Positions 32,853 through 42,344 are shown, counted from the first letter of the stretch. The stretch is 64,000 nt of DNA from an uncultured Spirochaetota bacterium (GCA_963827275.1 CAWHAA010000010.1:128001-192000); one strand, 5' to 3'. The notes: generated from the letters alone by a model not told the origin. Program-made: numbers and translations.

Positions 32853-33659
32853 ATGAGTGAGATGGAAGAGCGGCAACAGCGGGCCGCATACGGCGACTAC
32901 GCCGAACTCTGGAACTTCAATCTTCAGAAGATCGAGCAGATGTGCCATGCCGTTGAAACTTCGATACACCGGCTCGAAGGCAATTACGCCGGGTTTGAAG
33001 CGATGTATGCCGATATCATGCGGCAGCTCGACATGCTTTCCTCTGTATATGCCGCCTACAACACGATCGCCGGCGGCGAAGACGTGCTGCGCCTGAAGGC
33101 GGTGCTCAGGGACTACGCGTCGAAGTACACGCGCGAAGGCCTGGATTTCAATCTTGTCCATAACCTGCTTTTAAAAATCTCCGACGCGCGGAACGCCGCG
33201 TTCGAGGACTTTCCCGCCCTCCCGCACCATGAGCGAAACCGTCCGGAGCGTCAGCGCGTCAGCCGGCTGCCGGATTATTCCGGCCGTGCGCACCGATGGA
33301 TATCGTTCAGGAGGGGCCGTTCCTGGTTCCTCGCCGGTTTCGAGACCATGCGGGTATGCGAGAACGCCGGGTTTCCCCTGCTTTCGACCGAAGAGCCCGA
33401 CTACCTTTCCGTCGATATCGACGCGACCGTGTACCGGATAAAGGACCTCTTTATCAAATCCCTGGACAGCCCGGTCCTGCCGCGCCTGTACCTCCTGCTG
33501 GACGGGGGCCTCGTCAATTACGCGGCCGATGAAATCGGGAAGAGGATCTACGCGCGGCGCGACTTCATACACCCGGGCATCATTCCGTTCCGGAACATCC
33601 ACTCCCTCTCACCGGGGCGCGTCAGGCTTTTCGGAAAACAGCACATCGTCCTGTATTGA
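32853..33659 (+). CDS. Hypothetical protein
   Basis: Long ORF with GGAGGAG upstream; helical N-half, beta-rich C-half. Confidence 0.7.
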   Translation: MSEMEERQQRAAYGDYAELWNFNLQKIEQMCHAVETSIHRLEGNYAGFEAMYADIMRQLDMLSSVYAAYNTIAGGEDVLRLKAVLRDYASKYTREGLDFNLVHNLLLKISDARNAAFEDFPALPHHERNRPERQRVSRLPDYSGRAHRWISFRRGRSWFLAGFETMRVCENAGFPLLSTEEPDYLSVDIDATVYRIKDLFIKSLDSPVLPRLYLLLDGGLVNYAADEIGKRIYARRDFIHPGIIPFRNIHSLSPGRVRLFGKQHIVLY

Positions 33660-33668
33660 CGCGGGCCC

Positions 33669-34334
33669 TTAAAAGAAGCAGGAGAGCGCTATCAGGAGCT
33701 GGGCCGGCGCGTACACCGCCCAGACGATGACCGATTCCTGCCTGTGCGGCTTTATGAAGGTCAGATAGGCGAGCAGGAAGTCTGATACCACGAAGAGGAA
33801 TGCGCCGGTCATGATGAATATCTCCCTGGCGGTTATCATGAGGTTGATCTGCGATACCGCGAAAAACAGCATGGCGCAGAGGACCACCGCGTAGACAAGG
33901 ATGGGTGTTTTCATGCTGCCCGCCGAAGTTCTTATGCCGCGATAGAACAGGCAGAGCAGGAAGAGCAGGACAGCGGCCAGCGCAAGGTTCCACCAGCGGA
34001 ACACATAGGAGAGGGAAAAGGCGGCGATATACATCACGTGGGTAAGCATGAAGAACACGATCCCGTTCTTCATCAGGTTGACCTCGACGATCATCAGCAG
34101 GGTGTCGGCGACGAGGGAACAGAGTATCCCCGCGAGCACCAGCGCCCGGTACGAGGAGGCGCCTTCCTCCCCGATGGCAATCACGACAAACCCGGCGATG
34201 AGCCCGGTGACCATCGGCGTAAAAATGTATTTGAGGGTGAAACGTTCGCGGAAGGTCGCACATTCACGGACCGTGAAAACCGCCGCCAGCGCGATGAAAA
34301 GGGGTATGACGTATTCTGTCCTGAAGAGTTCCAA
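33669..34334 (-). CDS. YhhN / lysoplasmalogenase family membrane protein
   Basis: SLVAD..L, FF.LTH..Y, GA.LF..SD.LLA, Y..AQ. Confidence 0.85.
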   Translation of the reverse strand: MELFRTEYVIPLFIALAAVFTVRECATFRERFTLKYIFTPMVTGLIAGFVVIAIGEEGASSYRALVLAGILCSLVADTLLMIVEVNLMKNGIVFFMLTHVMYIAAFSLSYVFRWWNLALAAVLLFLLCLFYRGIRTSAGSMKTPILVYAVVLCAMLFFAVSQINLMITAREIFIMTGAFLFVVSDFLLAYLTFIKPHRQESVIVWAVYAPAQLLIALSCFF

Positions 34335-34341
34335 CGGGCCC

Positions 34342-34599
34342 CTATTTTTTCTCCTTGTCGTCCTTGCCCTTCTTCAAAATATCGGAGAATTCCTTCAATT
34401 CTTCCGGCCTGAACTTCGAGTCCATCGCCGCGATATTCTCCTTCCTGATCTCGTCGTAAATTTCCTTGCGGTGGACGGTGACACGCTTCGGAGCCCTGAT
34501 GCCCAGCTTGACCTGGTCGCCCTTTATGTCGATGACCACGATCTCTATATCGTCGCCGATCATGATGCTTTCATTCAGTCTTCGTGCCAGTACCAGCAT
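34342..34599 (-). CDS. csrA: Carbon storage regulator CsrA (with FliW-binding C-terminal extension)
   Basis: MLVLARR..ESI.IG...V.LGI.AP..V.VHRKEIY..I..ENIAA. Confidence 0.97.
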   Translation of the reverse strand: MLVLARRLNESIMIGDDIEIVVIDIKGDQVKLGIRAPKRVTVHRKEIYDEIRKENIAAMDSKFRPEELKEFSDILKKGKDDKEKK

Positions 34600-34603
34600 G
34601 CCA

Positions 34604-35059
34604 TTAGCCCTCGGCGGTCCTTTTCATCTCATCAAGGATCCTGTGCTTCACGCTGTACCTGTCGCTCAGGGATATCGCCTGACGTCCCAGCCGTTTTTCA
34701 GGATTGATGATTACCGGCCCCTGCAGATTGGCGGTCATCTCCGCAGGATTGCCCGGGATGGTCACGATCGCGAACACCAGGAGGTTCTCCGCCCCCTCGG
34801 CGCCCACCGCCTCGATGTCGTTCATTGACACGAAGAGCTCGTATTCGCGCATGAAATCAACGGGCCTGATTACAATGAACGCGAGGCCCGGCTCGTCATA
34901 CGCCTGGAGCCACTTCAGGGGTGACGTCTCGTCCTGGGTGTCGAGCAGGACAAACTTCTTTACGTAATCGAAACCGGGGATGCCGTCGGGGAACTCGATT
35001 ATCTGCTCTTCCCTGATCTCCAGCTCGCCGTATGGCCTGGTTTTTATTCTGATGCCCAA
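34604..35059 (-). CDS. fliW: Flagellar assembly factor FliW
   Basis: FP.GIPGF, WLQ, TANLQGP.IIN; adjacent to csrA. Confidence 0.95.
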   Translation of the reverse strand: MGIRIKTRPYGELEIREEQIIEFPDGIPGFDYVKKFVLLDTQDETSPLKWLQAYDEPGLAFIVIRPVDFMREYELFVSMNDIEAVGAEGAENLLVFAIVTIPGNPAEMTANLQGPVIINPEKRLGRQAISLSDRYSVKHRILDEMKRTAEG

Positions 35060-35073
35060 CGATAATCTCCTTT

Positions 35074-35098
35074 AAAAACGGGCGGGAGTCACCCGCCC
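35074..35098 (-). terminator. Terminator-like hairpin between flgL and fliW
   Basis: GGGCGGG-TGACT-CCCGCCC-GTTTTT directly before the fliW RBS. Confidence 0.5.
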
Positions 35099-35151
35099 CC
35101 GCCAGTTGCAATCTACGTCATTTTCATGTTACCGCGCAACTACTTTTTATG

Positions 35152-36414
35152 CTACCTGAGGAAATCCATGAGCGTCGGCATTATCGACCGCGCGCCGACC
35201 GCGAGCGCGTACCGGTGCACGCTCTCGAGCCACTTGAAGTTCATGATGGTTTCCGCGTAATCGATCCCCTCGGTGTTGGCGAGCATGGTCGTGACGTTGC
35301 CCTTGTCGTACTCGGTGCGCTTCGCGAGCTCCTCGACCCGGTTCGTTTTCGCGCCGATGGCCGCGAGGTGCTTCAGTATGTTCTCAAGCCCCAGGTCGAT
35401 CAGGCCGAGGTCCCTGCCGCCGATGAGCTCCTGGTCGCCGCGGACCAGGTCGTCGCGGAGCTGGATCACCATCTCGAACACCGACATGCCGCCGATCGTC
35501 ACCGTGGGATCGATGTTGTTGGGCGGCTCCGGGAAGTTCGGGTTCAGCAGCCCCAGGTCCTTGAGCACCGTGCCGCTCCCGGCGTCCTCAAGCCACATCT
35601 GGTGCGGGGTCGTTGTTTCCATGATCAGGTTGTTCCTCCCGCCCTTCGAGGCGCGGATGCTCAGCCCGGCGTTATTCAGCTTATCCACGATGATGTCGAT
35701 GTTGTCGCCCGCGGAGATGTTGATCTCGCGGCCGTCTATACGTATCGTCTGGTTGGTGGGGGCCGTGTAGGCTGAAACGTCCCTGTTCGAGGTGAGCACC
35801 TGGTTCGTCGCCCAGAAGACCTCGTTCCCGGGAACGCCGACGTCCATGTATTCGCCCTTCGCGACCTCGCGCTTGAATTTCCCGATGTTGCCGCGGTACT
35901 CGACGCCGATCATGGCGTCGCCCTGGTTCCCGGCGGTGAGGGTCTGGTAGATCGGCACCCACGGGTTCGGCTGTTCCTCGGTCCCGGTCTGGTGGCCGCC
36001 AAACACCGACCTGCCGGTCGCGCCCTTGGTATTGGCGATGGCGACCAGCTCGTCCAGGAGCTGGTTGACCTCGGTGGCCGCCGCCTCTTTCAGCTCGAAG
36101 GAGGTGTAAATGCCGTTGGCGCCCTGCACGGTGAGGACGCGTATCCGCTGAAATATGCGGAGCGTCGACTGGAGGGCGGTGTCAACCTCGTCGAGCCTCG
36201 ACTTGCTCTCGTTGAGGTTGCTTATGAACTGCTCTATCTCGGTAAGCCGCGTATGGTACAGCATCTGGTTGGTCGCGGCGATCGGGTTGTCGCGGGGCAC
36301 GTTCACGTTCTTCCCCGTGGCGAGCGAGTTCTGTATGCGGTCCATCTCGACCTGATGGCGCTGAAGGTTATAGCTCATCGTGTTGTTGATCATCTGGTTG
36401 GTTATGCGGTTCAT
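35152..36414 (-). CDS. flgL: Flagellar hook-associated protein 3
   Basis: Flagellin-like termini (RITNQM...TGK...P.D.P; TLMDFLR); downstream of flgK. Confidence 0.94.
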   Translation of the reverse strand: MNRITNQMINNTMSYNLQRHQVEMDRIQNSLATGKNVNVPRDNPIAATNQMLYHTRLTEIEQFISNLNESKSRLDEVDTALQSTLRIFQRIRVLTVQGANGIYTSFELKEAAATEVNQLLDELVAIANTKGATGRSVFGGHQTGTEEQPNPWVPIYQTLTAGNQGDAMIGVEYRGNIGKFKREVAKGEYMDVGVPGNEVFWATNQVLTSNRDVSAYTAPTNQTIRIDGREINISAGDNIDIIVDKLNNAGLSIRASKGGRNNLIMETTTPHQMWLEDAGSGTVLKDLGLLNPNFPEPPNNIDPTVTIGGMSVFEMVIQLRDDLVRGDQELIGGRDLGLIDLGLENILKHLAAIGAKTNRVEELAKRTEYDKGNVTTMLANTEGIDYAETIMNFKWLESVHRYALAVGARSIMPTLMDFLR

Positions 36415-36417
36415 ACC

Positions 36418-38325
36418 TTATACCCCCATCCTGTTGATAATGGTATCCAGCATCTCGTTCATGGTGTTTATGACGCGCGCTGCGGCGTTGTAGCCGTGCT
36501 GGAAGGCGACCATGTTCGACATCTCCTCGTCGAGGTTTACCCCCGAGATGGACTCGCGGAGATTGGCCAGGTTCTTGAGAAGGGTCTCCTGGTTCTTCAC
36601 GCGGTCCTTCGCCTCCTCTCCCTGCGTTCCCGTGCGGGAGATGACGGCCGTGTAGAATTCGTTGAACGTGTTGTTGGTGTCCACCATGGCGTGCTGGTGC
36701 CGTATGTGCGCGACCCGGAGCGCGTTGCTGCCATCGCCGATCCCGTTCGTCGTATTGACATCGCCCGTCCCGCCAACATCCTTGCCGCGGGCCGCGGCGA
36801 TCCGGTCTACATCCTGCATGATGCTGTCAGACACGGCCATGTGCGAGGCGGGGTTGAATTTCGGGGCGATGGTGATATGCTCCCTGCCCGGGAGGAACCG
36901 GATGATGTCGTTGGTCCGCCGGTAATCGAACGCCCCCTGGGGCCCGCTCTGCTTCAGTATCCCGGTAAGCCCGACCAGGAACTGCCCGGAATCCTCGAGG
37001 TGCCGTATCATGAAATTCTTCCTGTCCATGTCCTCGGCCGTGGTCCCCTTGATGGCCAGCTGGCCGTTATGGTTGATATAGGCGACAACGCCCATTTTGG
37101 CGTCGTTGATCTTCTTTATGATTGTGAGCGCCGTGTCTGAAATGTTGTAGTCGATCTGGACGTTCGATTCGAGCGCCGTGTTCGCCACGAAGGAGAGGGT
37201 CCCGCTGATCCCGATCGCCGCGGACGCGTCGATCTTGTTGTTCCCCGAGACCTTGAAGATGGCGGTCACGTCGTTCACGCCGTCGTTGTTCAGGTCAAAA
37301 TTGCCGTCGACATTGTCGCTGATCATGAGGTGCTTGAAAAAGTCTACATTGGTCTCGTTCCGCCTGCTGAACCCGTCCCGGTGCACTTCGTTGGTCAGGT
37401 CCGACAGGTTGATCGCGAACGAGTTCATGTCGTTGATGTTCTGCCGTATCACCTTGTCCCTGATGTCGAAGAGGCTCGCGAGCTCGCCGTTGCGGACATC
37501 AACGTCCCTCCCCGTGTCTTTCCATACCACCTTGAAGAGCCCGTCATTTTCAGTGTCCATCTCGGCCGCGAGCGGATGTATTATTTCGCCCTGGACCAGG
37601 TTTTCACCGCTGATGTACACGATGATCTCGTCCTTGTCGCTGCGGCCCACGCTTATGTTGACCAGTTCGGACATCTTCTCGATCAGCGCATCGCGCCGGT
37701 CTTTCAGGTCGTTCGGATTGTCGCCGAGCGCCTCCGCCTTGAGGATCCGCTCGTTCAGGTCGCGGACGTCCTTCGCGTACATGTTGATCTGGTTGACGCG
37801 GTGCTCGATCTGCCTGTTGGCGTTCATCTTCAGTTCGTAGAGCTGCCGGTAGGTGTAGTTGACCTCGTGCGCGAGGTTCACCGCCTTCTCCTTCACCACC
37901 TCGCGGGTCGACCGCTCCTCGGGGTATTTCGAGAGCTCTTCCCATGATTTCCACAGCTCGTCGAGACGGGTCCTCAGCGACTGGTCGGACGGCTCGTTGT
38001 ACACCGTCTCGACCTGGTAGATGAACTCGTTCCGCACCTTCCAGTACCCGGCGCTGTTTTTTTCTACGATGATCCGGTCGTCGATGAAGCTGTCCCGTAT
38101 CCGCTCAACGGACTGGACCACGGAGCCCTGGCCGATGTTGCCGGGGGTGTTCGACCTGTTCAGGGCCGGCACGTAGAGGGGATCGGCCGCCGTGATGACA
38201 ACGCGCTGGCGCGAGTACTCTTTATTTTCAGCGTTCGATATATTGTGTCCCGTGACATGGAGAGCCTGCTGGTGCGACATCAGGCCTTTTTTGCCGATTT
38301 CAAGACCCATAAATGTGGAGTTCAT
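36418..38325 (-). CDS. flgK: Flagellar hook-associated protein 1
   Basis: GHNISNA...YSRQ, NDLKDRRD, SGVNLDEEM.NM. Confidence 0.96.
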   Translation of the reverse strand: MNSTFMGLEIGKKGLMSHQQALHVTGHNISNAENKEYSRQRVVITAADPLYVPALNRSNTPGNIGQGSVVQSVERIRDSFIDDRIIVEKNSAGYWKVRNEFIYQVETVYNEPSDQSLRTRLDELWKSWEELSKYPEERSTREVVKEKAVNLAHEVNYTYRQLYELKMNANRQIEHRVNQINMYAKDVRDLNERILKAEALGDNPNDLKDRRDALIEKMSELVNISVGRSDKDEIIVYISGENLVQGEIIHPLAAEMDTENDGLFKVVWKDTGRDVDVRNGELASLFDIRDKVIRQNINDMNSFAINLSDLTNEVHRDGFSRRNETNVDFFKHLMISDNVDGNFDLNNDGVNDVTAIFKVSGNNKIDASAAIGISGTLSFVANTALESNVQIDYNISDTALTIIKKINDAKMGVVAYINHNGQLAIKGTTAEDMDRKNFMIRHLEDSGQFLVGLTGILKQSGPQGAFDYRRTNDIIRFLPGREHITIAPKFNPASHMAVSDSIMQDVDRIAAARGKDVGGTGDVNTTNGIGDGSNALRVAHIRHQHAMVDTNNTFNEFYTAVISRTGTQGEEAKDRVKNQETLLKNLANLRESISGVNLDEEMSNMVAFQHGYNAAARVINTMNEMLDTIINRMGV

Positions 38326-38336
38326 AACCCTTCTCC

Positions 38337-38838
38337 CTATGCCTTTTTATTGAAGAGTATCGAATTTCTCAGGTTCTCTTCACCCCTGCCGTCGCGCCCG
38401 TACCCGGTGTCAGGCGACCCGGCGCGACGCAGCCCTGCCAGCATTATATTGTAAAATTCCATATTGTCCCTGATGAGCGACTGGTTGGTTTCCTGGAGGC
38501 GGCGCAGCCGCGACATGATCTCTTTCAGGCCCCTGCCGAGGAGGCGGACCTGCTCATTTTCCGGCGCCTCAATCCGGCCTGCGATCTCCCCGAGCGAGAC
38601 GCCCTGGTGCCCGATATGCCGTACCTTCTTGAATGCATCGACCCGCTTCATGCGGTCATTTTCGAGGGCCATGATGTCCCGATATGAGCTCTTCCTGCTC
38701 GCGTGAAAGCTTTTCAAGCAGCGACCCGTTGTGCTCTATGATGGCGCTGGTTTTGTTCCTTTCAAGTGAATAGAGTCTTTCAAATAAGCCCGCTTCTTCC
38801 TTCAAAATACTCTTAATGTGACCTATGTGCCCGTCCAT
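38337..38838 (-). CDS. flgN: Flagellar export chaperone FlgN, single +1 frameshift near 38679
   Basis: Two overlapping ORFs join (ISDIMALENDR) when one G of TCGGGA is removed; N..LI motif; directly upstream of flgK. Confidence 0.8.
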
Positions 38839-38885
38839 GGCGCGTTTCTCCGTACGACATAATATGAGGGACCTTATCTTTCATA

Positions 38886-38910
38886 TAATCGGTAATAATC
38901 GCTGATTTTA
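38886..38910 (-). promoter_or_regulatory. Possible sigma28 promoter of the flgN operon
   Basis: TAAA...ACCGATTA resembles TAAA-N15-GCCGATAA, but the spacing is 13. Confidence 0.3.
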
Positions 38911-39024
38911 TGAGGATTAATTGTTGGTATCTGAAAAAACAGATCTAATTCAACCTGGCATAAAGAAATTATCACTTTATATCAGCCCTTCCCCGCGAGC
39001 GATGCCGCCCCACCCCCTTGCCAG

Positions 39025-39262
39025 CCGAGTGCTTTTCGGACGTCAACGCTCGACATGGACCAGCAGTTCTTGTACACCCCCCCGACCCCCGAAGGGGGCG
39101 CGCGACATAGAGCATTCTTTCGACACAAATCCGGAGCACTGCCCGGACTACTGTATATATCCCTTAAAAGATTCGGGGGCTGAGACATGGATGTCGAAGT
39201 CCCGGCGCGCGGCAGGATGCCGCGAAAAACGCCGGGAGAATACCCACCTGCTCCATGCCGGA
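39025..39262 (+). ncRNA. Candidate structured RNA with CsrA-type GGA hairpins
   Basis: GACATGGATGTC (39184-39195), CGCGGCAGGATGCCGCG (39208-39224), ACATGGAC (39053-39060) and other stems; boundaries uncertain. Confidence 0.4.
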
Positions 39263-39418
39263 TATTTCATAATAAAGAAGAGGCCGTAATGCTTGATTTC
39301 TCTCAATAATTACCGAAAATTTCTTGCTATTTGGATAAACCGCTGTTGTACTAATCACGGGTAGGCATTCTTTTCGAGTTTTCAAAAATTTTTATTAATT
39401 TTCACGCCGCGCGCGACC

Positions 39419-39439
39419 CTTCGACAGGCTCAGGACAAG
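39419..39439 (+). repeat. Short REP-like motif CTTCGACAGGCTCAG(G/C)ACAAG, copy 1 of 3
   Basis: Also at 39510-39530 and 41930-41950. Confidence 0.85.
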
Positions 39440-39442
39440 AAT

Positions 39443-39587
39443 TTTAAGCCTCTGCCCAGTGCTTTTTCTGCTGGAGGGGCCTTAATTTGAGAGGGAGTAA
39501 TTGCCAATGCTTCGACAGGCTCAGCACAAGTAAAATGCATTCAGTCGCATGAGCCGCAACCTACGAGGGTGAATTTTCCTATGTATT
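39443..39587 (+). repeat. 145-bp direct repeat, copy 1
   Basis: Aligns without gaps to 41863-42007 with 6 mismatches. Confidence 0.95.
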
Positions 39588-40100
39588 GATCGTCGATTCA
39601 AATGCGGCGAAGAATAGTCTCTTCGGCTATCGTTTCACCGCGGGATACGAGCAATACGTATTCAAGGAGCCTGAAACGTGAACCAGCAGCGACCCGACGC
39701 ACCGGTTCAGCATGTCGCATGCGTTTGGTTTCGGTTTTGCCAGGACGGAGATGGTGCGTTTCTGGATAGGCCCCCGCGTGGGGCTCCATTACCTGTACAA
39801 ATCCGAATCGCGCAATGCATACAGCATATTACCCACGTTTACCGAAATACTGATTATCCCCTATAAGGTTAAAATCGATATCGATGCTATCGGCCTGGAT
39901 TTGCTGCTGGCCATCGGCCTGAACCTGAACATCGAAAAATACTTGACGCTCTTTTTTGACGTCGGGTTCGGATACATGGGCAATTATAATCTCAATACGC
40001 CGCAGACAGGGCATGCCTTCGGACTTGACTGCAAGGCAGGATTTATGATTCTAATGACGCCTATTCTCCTGAAAATGTACCGGGAAAAGAGGGGGTTTAA
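39583..40100 (+). pseudogene. Outer-membrane beta-barrel protein remnant
   Basis: Frame reads LIVDSNAAKNSLFGYRFTAGYE...*...FGFGFARTEMVRFWIGPRVG...FFDVGFGY; no N-terminus, in-frame TGA at 39679, probable frameshift near 40050. Confidence 0.6.
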
Positions 40101-40164
40101 GACAGGCCCGGAATGGCGGGGGTCAGTCCGAATATCCCCCGCCGCCATTCCATAACCTCCTCTA

Positions 40165-41199
40165 TCAACGCCTGATGAAAACAATCGCCGCGGCGCACGT
40201 CACAAGCGCCGCCACCATCGCCATCATGAAGCGAATGAAGCCCCGTCTCAAAAATACGATTGATGAATAATTCGACACAACCGAGGAAGCCCGGGCGCTG
40301 TTCGTTATGTAAACCGGTTCGATCAATGCGATAATCTCCTCCGCCATCGCCTTTTTCCAGGCGGCCCCGATCTCTGCCCTGGCTACCCCTGGATTGCCGC
40401 TGTAGGTGTAACGGGTTTTTTTCTGGTCAAATAATTTCCCGGCCGTAACGACAATCCTGAACCCCTCTTCGAGAGGGAGGCCCAGCGCATCCAGCAATAT
40501 GCCGGACCCGGGGATTTTTCGTGCAATCCTTTCCAGTATGCGCGCGGTCCTGATTATTCCATCATTGAGATGGATCCTGGAAGAATCGCATTTCCGGTAC
40601 GAGCCGTCTACCATGCCGGGGACGGTATCGAGCATGACCGATGTTTCCCAGCCGCCCGCGTGCTCGAGATCGGTGAGTCCCTGCTTTTCCGCCGGTGACA
40701 GCTTTCTTCCGAGCTTCGCTTCAAGCAGGGGAAACTTTTTCCCGAAAATCAAGTCCTGGAACACCCGCACCGCCGGCGAGGTCATCATCATCCCGTATCT
40801 CCTGTTGCATGTCCTGCATGCATCGTCCAATGCAAGATTGTGCCCCATCCCGCCGTGAGCGGTGGTCAACACCAGGTTTCTAAAACCATACCGGGCGAGG
40901 GAACGCCCGTATTCGGTAAGGGCGCGGTACACCGTCCCCCGCGAGAACTCTATGCTCCCCGGGAGGGGCAGTTCCTCGGTGCCGATATTCAGAAGCGGCA
41001 GCAGCACCACCTTCCAGTCCGGATTTTTACGCGCAAACATCGCGCCCGTCACTTCCGCAAGTATAATGGCCTCCACCATGTCCGTGTCATTGGTAAGATG
41101 GTAGCCATGCACTTCCAGCGGGCCCACAGGCAGGACAAAAAGAGTCTTTTCCCTGTTGAGCGCATCGAAGTCCGCAAGTTTACTATGGGCCGCCGCCAT
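40165..41199 (-). CDS. Creatininase family amidohydrolase with C-terminal TM anchor
   Basis: LPVG.LE.HG.HL..D.D, HGG, HAG..ETS. Confidence 0.85.
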   Translation of the reverse strand: MAAAHSKLADFDALNREKTLFVLPVGPLEVHGYHLTNDTDMVEAIILAEVTGAMFARKNPDWKVVLLPLLNIGTEELPLPGSIEFSRGTVYRALTEYGRSLARYGFRNLVLTTAHGGMGHNLALDDACRTCNRRYGMMMTSPAVRVFQDLIFGKKFPLLEAKLGRKLSPAEKQGLTDLEHAGGWETSVMLDTVPGMVDGSYRKCDSSRIHLNDGIIRTARILERIARKIPGSGILLDALGLPLEEGFRIVVTAGKLFDQKKTRYTYSGNPGVARAEIGAAWKKAMAEEIIALIEPVYITNSARASSVVSNYSSIVFLRRGFIRFMMAMVAALVTCAAAIVFIRR

Positions 41200-41611
41200 G
41201 ATATTGGCGGGTTTTCGTGCGGCGGCTTTTGTCTTTGTTGTTTTAATGGCATTTCTCCTGTATATTAAATAGACGTATTATAAAAATTCAATAATCTATG
41301 AACCCGCCGCCCGCCAACTTCGGCGGAGGTCGGGATAACATGAATAATCATGAGTGGTTATGCTGCAATCATAATGTAAAATTATCGGGATTGAATACCG
41401 AAACTGCCGGCTTGTCAAGAATTTTTAGTCGTGGAGCAATATGTTTGCTATCAATTCAAGGATCTCTTCGCTCGCGATGACAAATAATTATTTTCAAACG
41501 CATATTTTGGCAGATCCCAGTCAAAATATTCTTGTTTTCCTGCGCCGGTTATATCATTCTTGCGGGAGAGTGATGCGGCACTGACCTGACGGCATATCAA
41601 GTACTATTGTC

Positions 41612-41905
41612 ATGATAAAAATCAACAGCGCAATCTCCATACCCGAAGACGAGGTCACGATCACCGCCTCGCGCTCCTCCGGCCCCGGCGGGCAGAACGT
41701 CAACAAGGTGGCGACCAAGGTGACCCTTCGATTTAATCTATACGATACGGCGCGCCTCTCCAGCGCCCAGAAAGAGCGCGCAAGGAAAAAGCTCGGGAAC
41801 ATCATAACCCGAGAAGGCTGTATCGTCATCCATGACGAAACCGGGAGGTCGCAGGCGGCAAATTTAAGCCCCTGTCCAGTGCTTTTTCTGCTGGAGGGGG
41901 CTTAA
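41612..41905 (+). pseudogene. arfB: Alternative ribosome rescue factor ArfB, 3'-truncated
   Basis: RSSGPGGQNVNKV.TKV.LRF...RSQ..N, then runs into repeat copy 2; basic C-tail absent. Confidence 0.85.
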
Positions 41906-42007
41906 TTTTAGAGGGAGTAATTGCTGATGCTTCGACAGGCTCAGCACAAGTAAAATGCATTCAGTCGCATGAGCCGCAACCTACGAGGGTGAATTTTCCT
42001 ATGTATT
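41863..42007 (+). repeat. 145-bp direct repeat, copy 2
   Basis: See copy 1; begins with a TTAAGCCCC...GGGGCTTAA hairpin. Confidence 0.95.
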
Positions 42008-42077
42008 TGAAAGGTAAAATTTACTTGCTAATTTTTTTACACGGATGTTTCCTGCTTCCATGCCAGACACACAGAAC

Positions 42078-42344
42078 ATGTTCGATCCCGCGACCATAGC
42101 GACCATCCTTAAATGGGCGGTGATAGTCCTCATCACGGGATTTATCGCGCAGTTCGGTAAACAATTCGCTGCATTTTTAACGGGGAAGATACGGAACATA
42201 CGCAGGAAAAAAGCCGGGGGATCGCCTGCCGGCAGCACACCCGCGTCCACGCCCGCGCCGGCGGATACAGGCGAACGGGCGCGTTTAAAACTGGAGAAGA
42301 AGCTCGCGAAGGCCGCAGCGAAAAAAATGAAAAAGGGCCTGTGA
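42078..42344 (+). CDS. Small membrane hypothetical protein
   Basis: One TM helix (LKWAVIVLITGFIAQFGK) and a Lys-rich tail. Confidence 0.65.
   Translation: MFDPATIATILKWAVIVLITGFIAQFGKQFAAFLTGKIRNIRRKKAGGSPAGSTPASTPAPADTGERARLKLEKKLAKAAAKKMKKGL

Noticed and set aside
39419..39530. Two 21-nt repeats as a possible mini CRISPR array
   Set aside because: Only two local copies with a 70-nt spacer, and no cas genes
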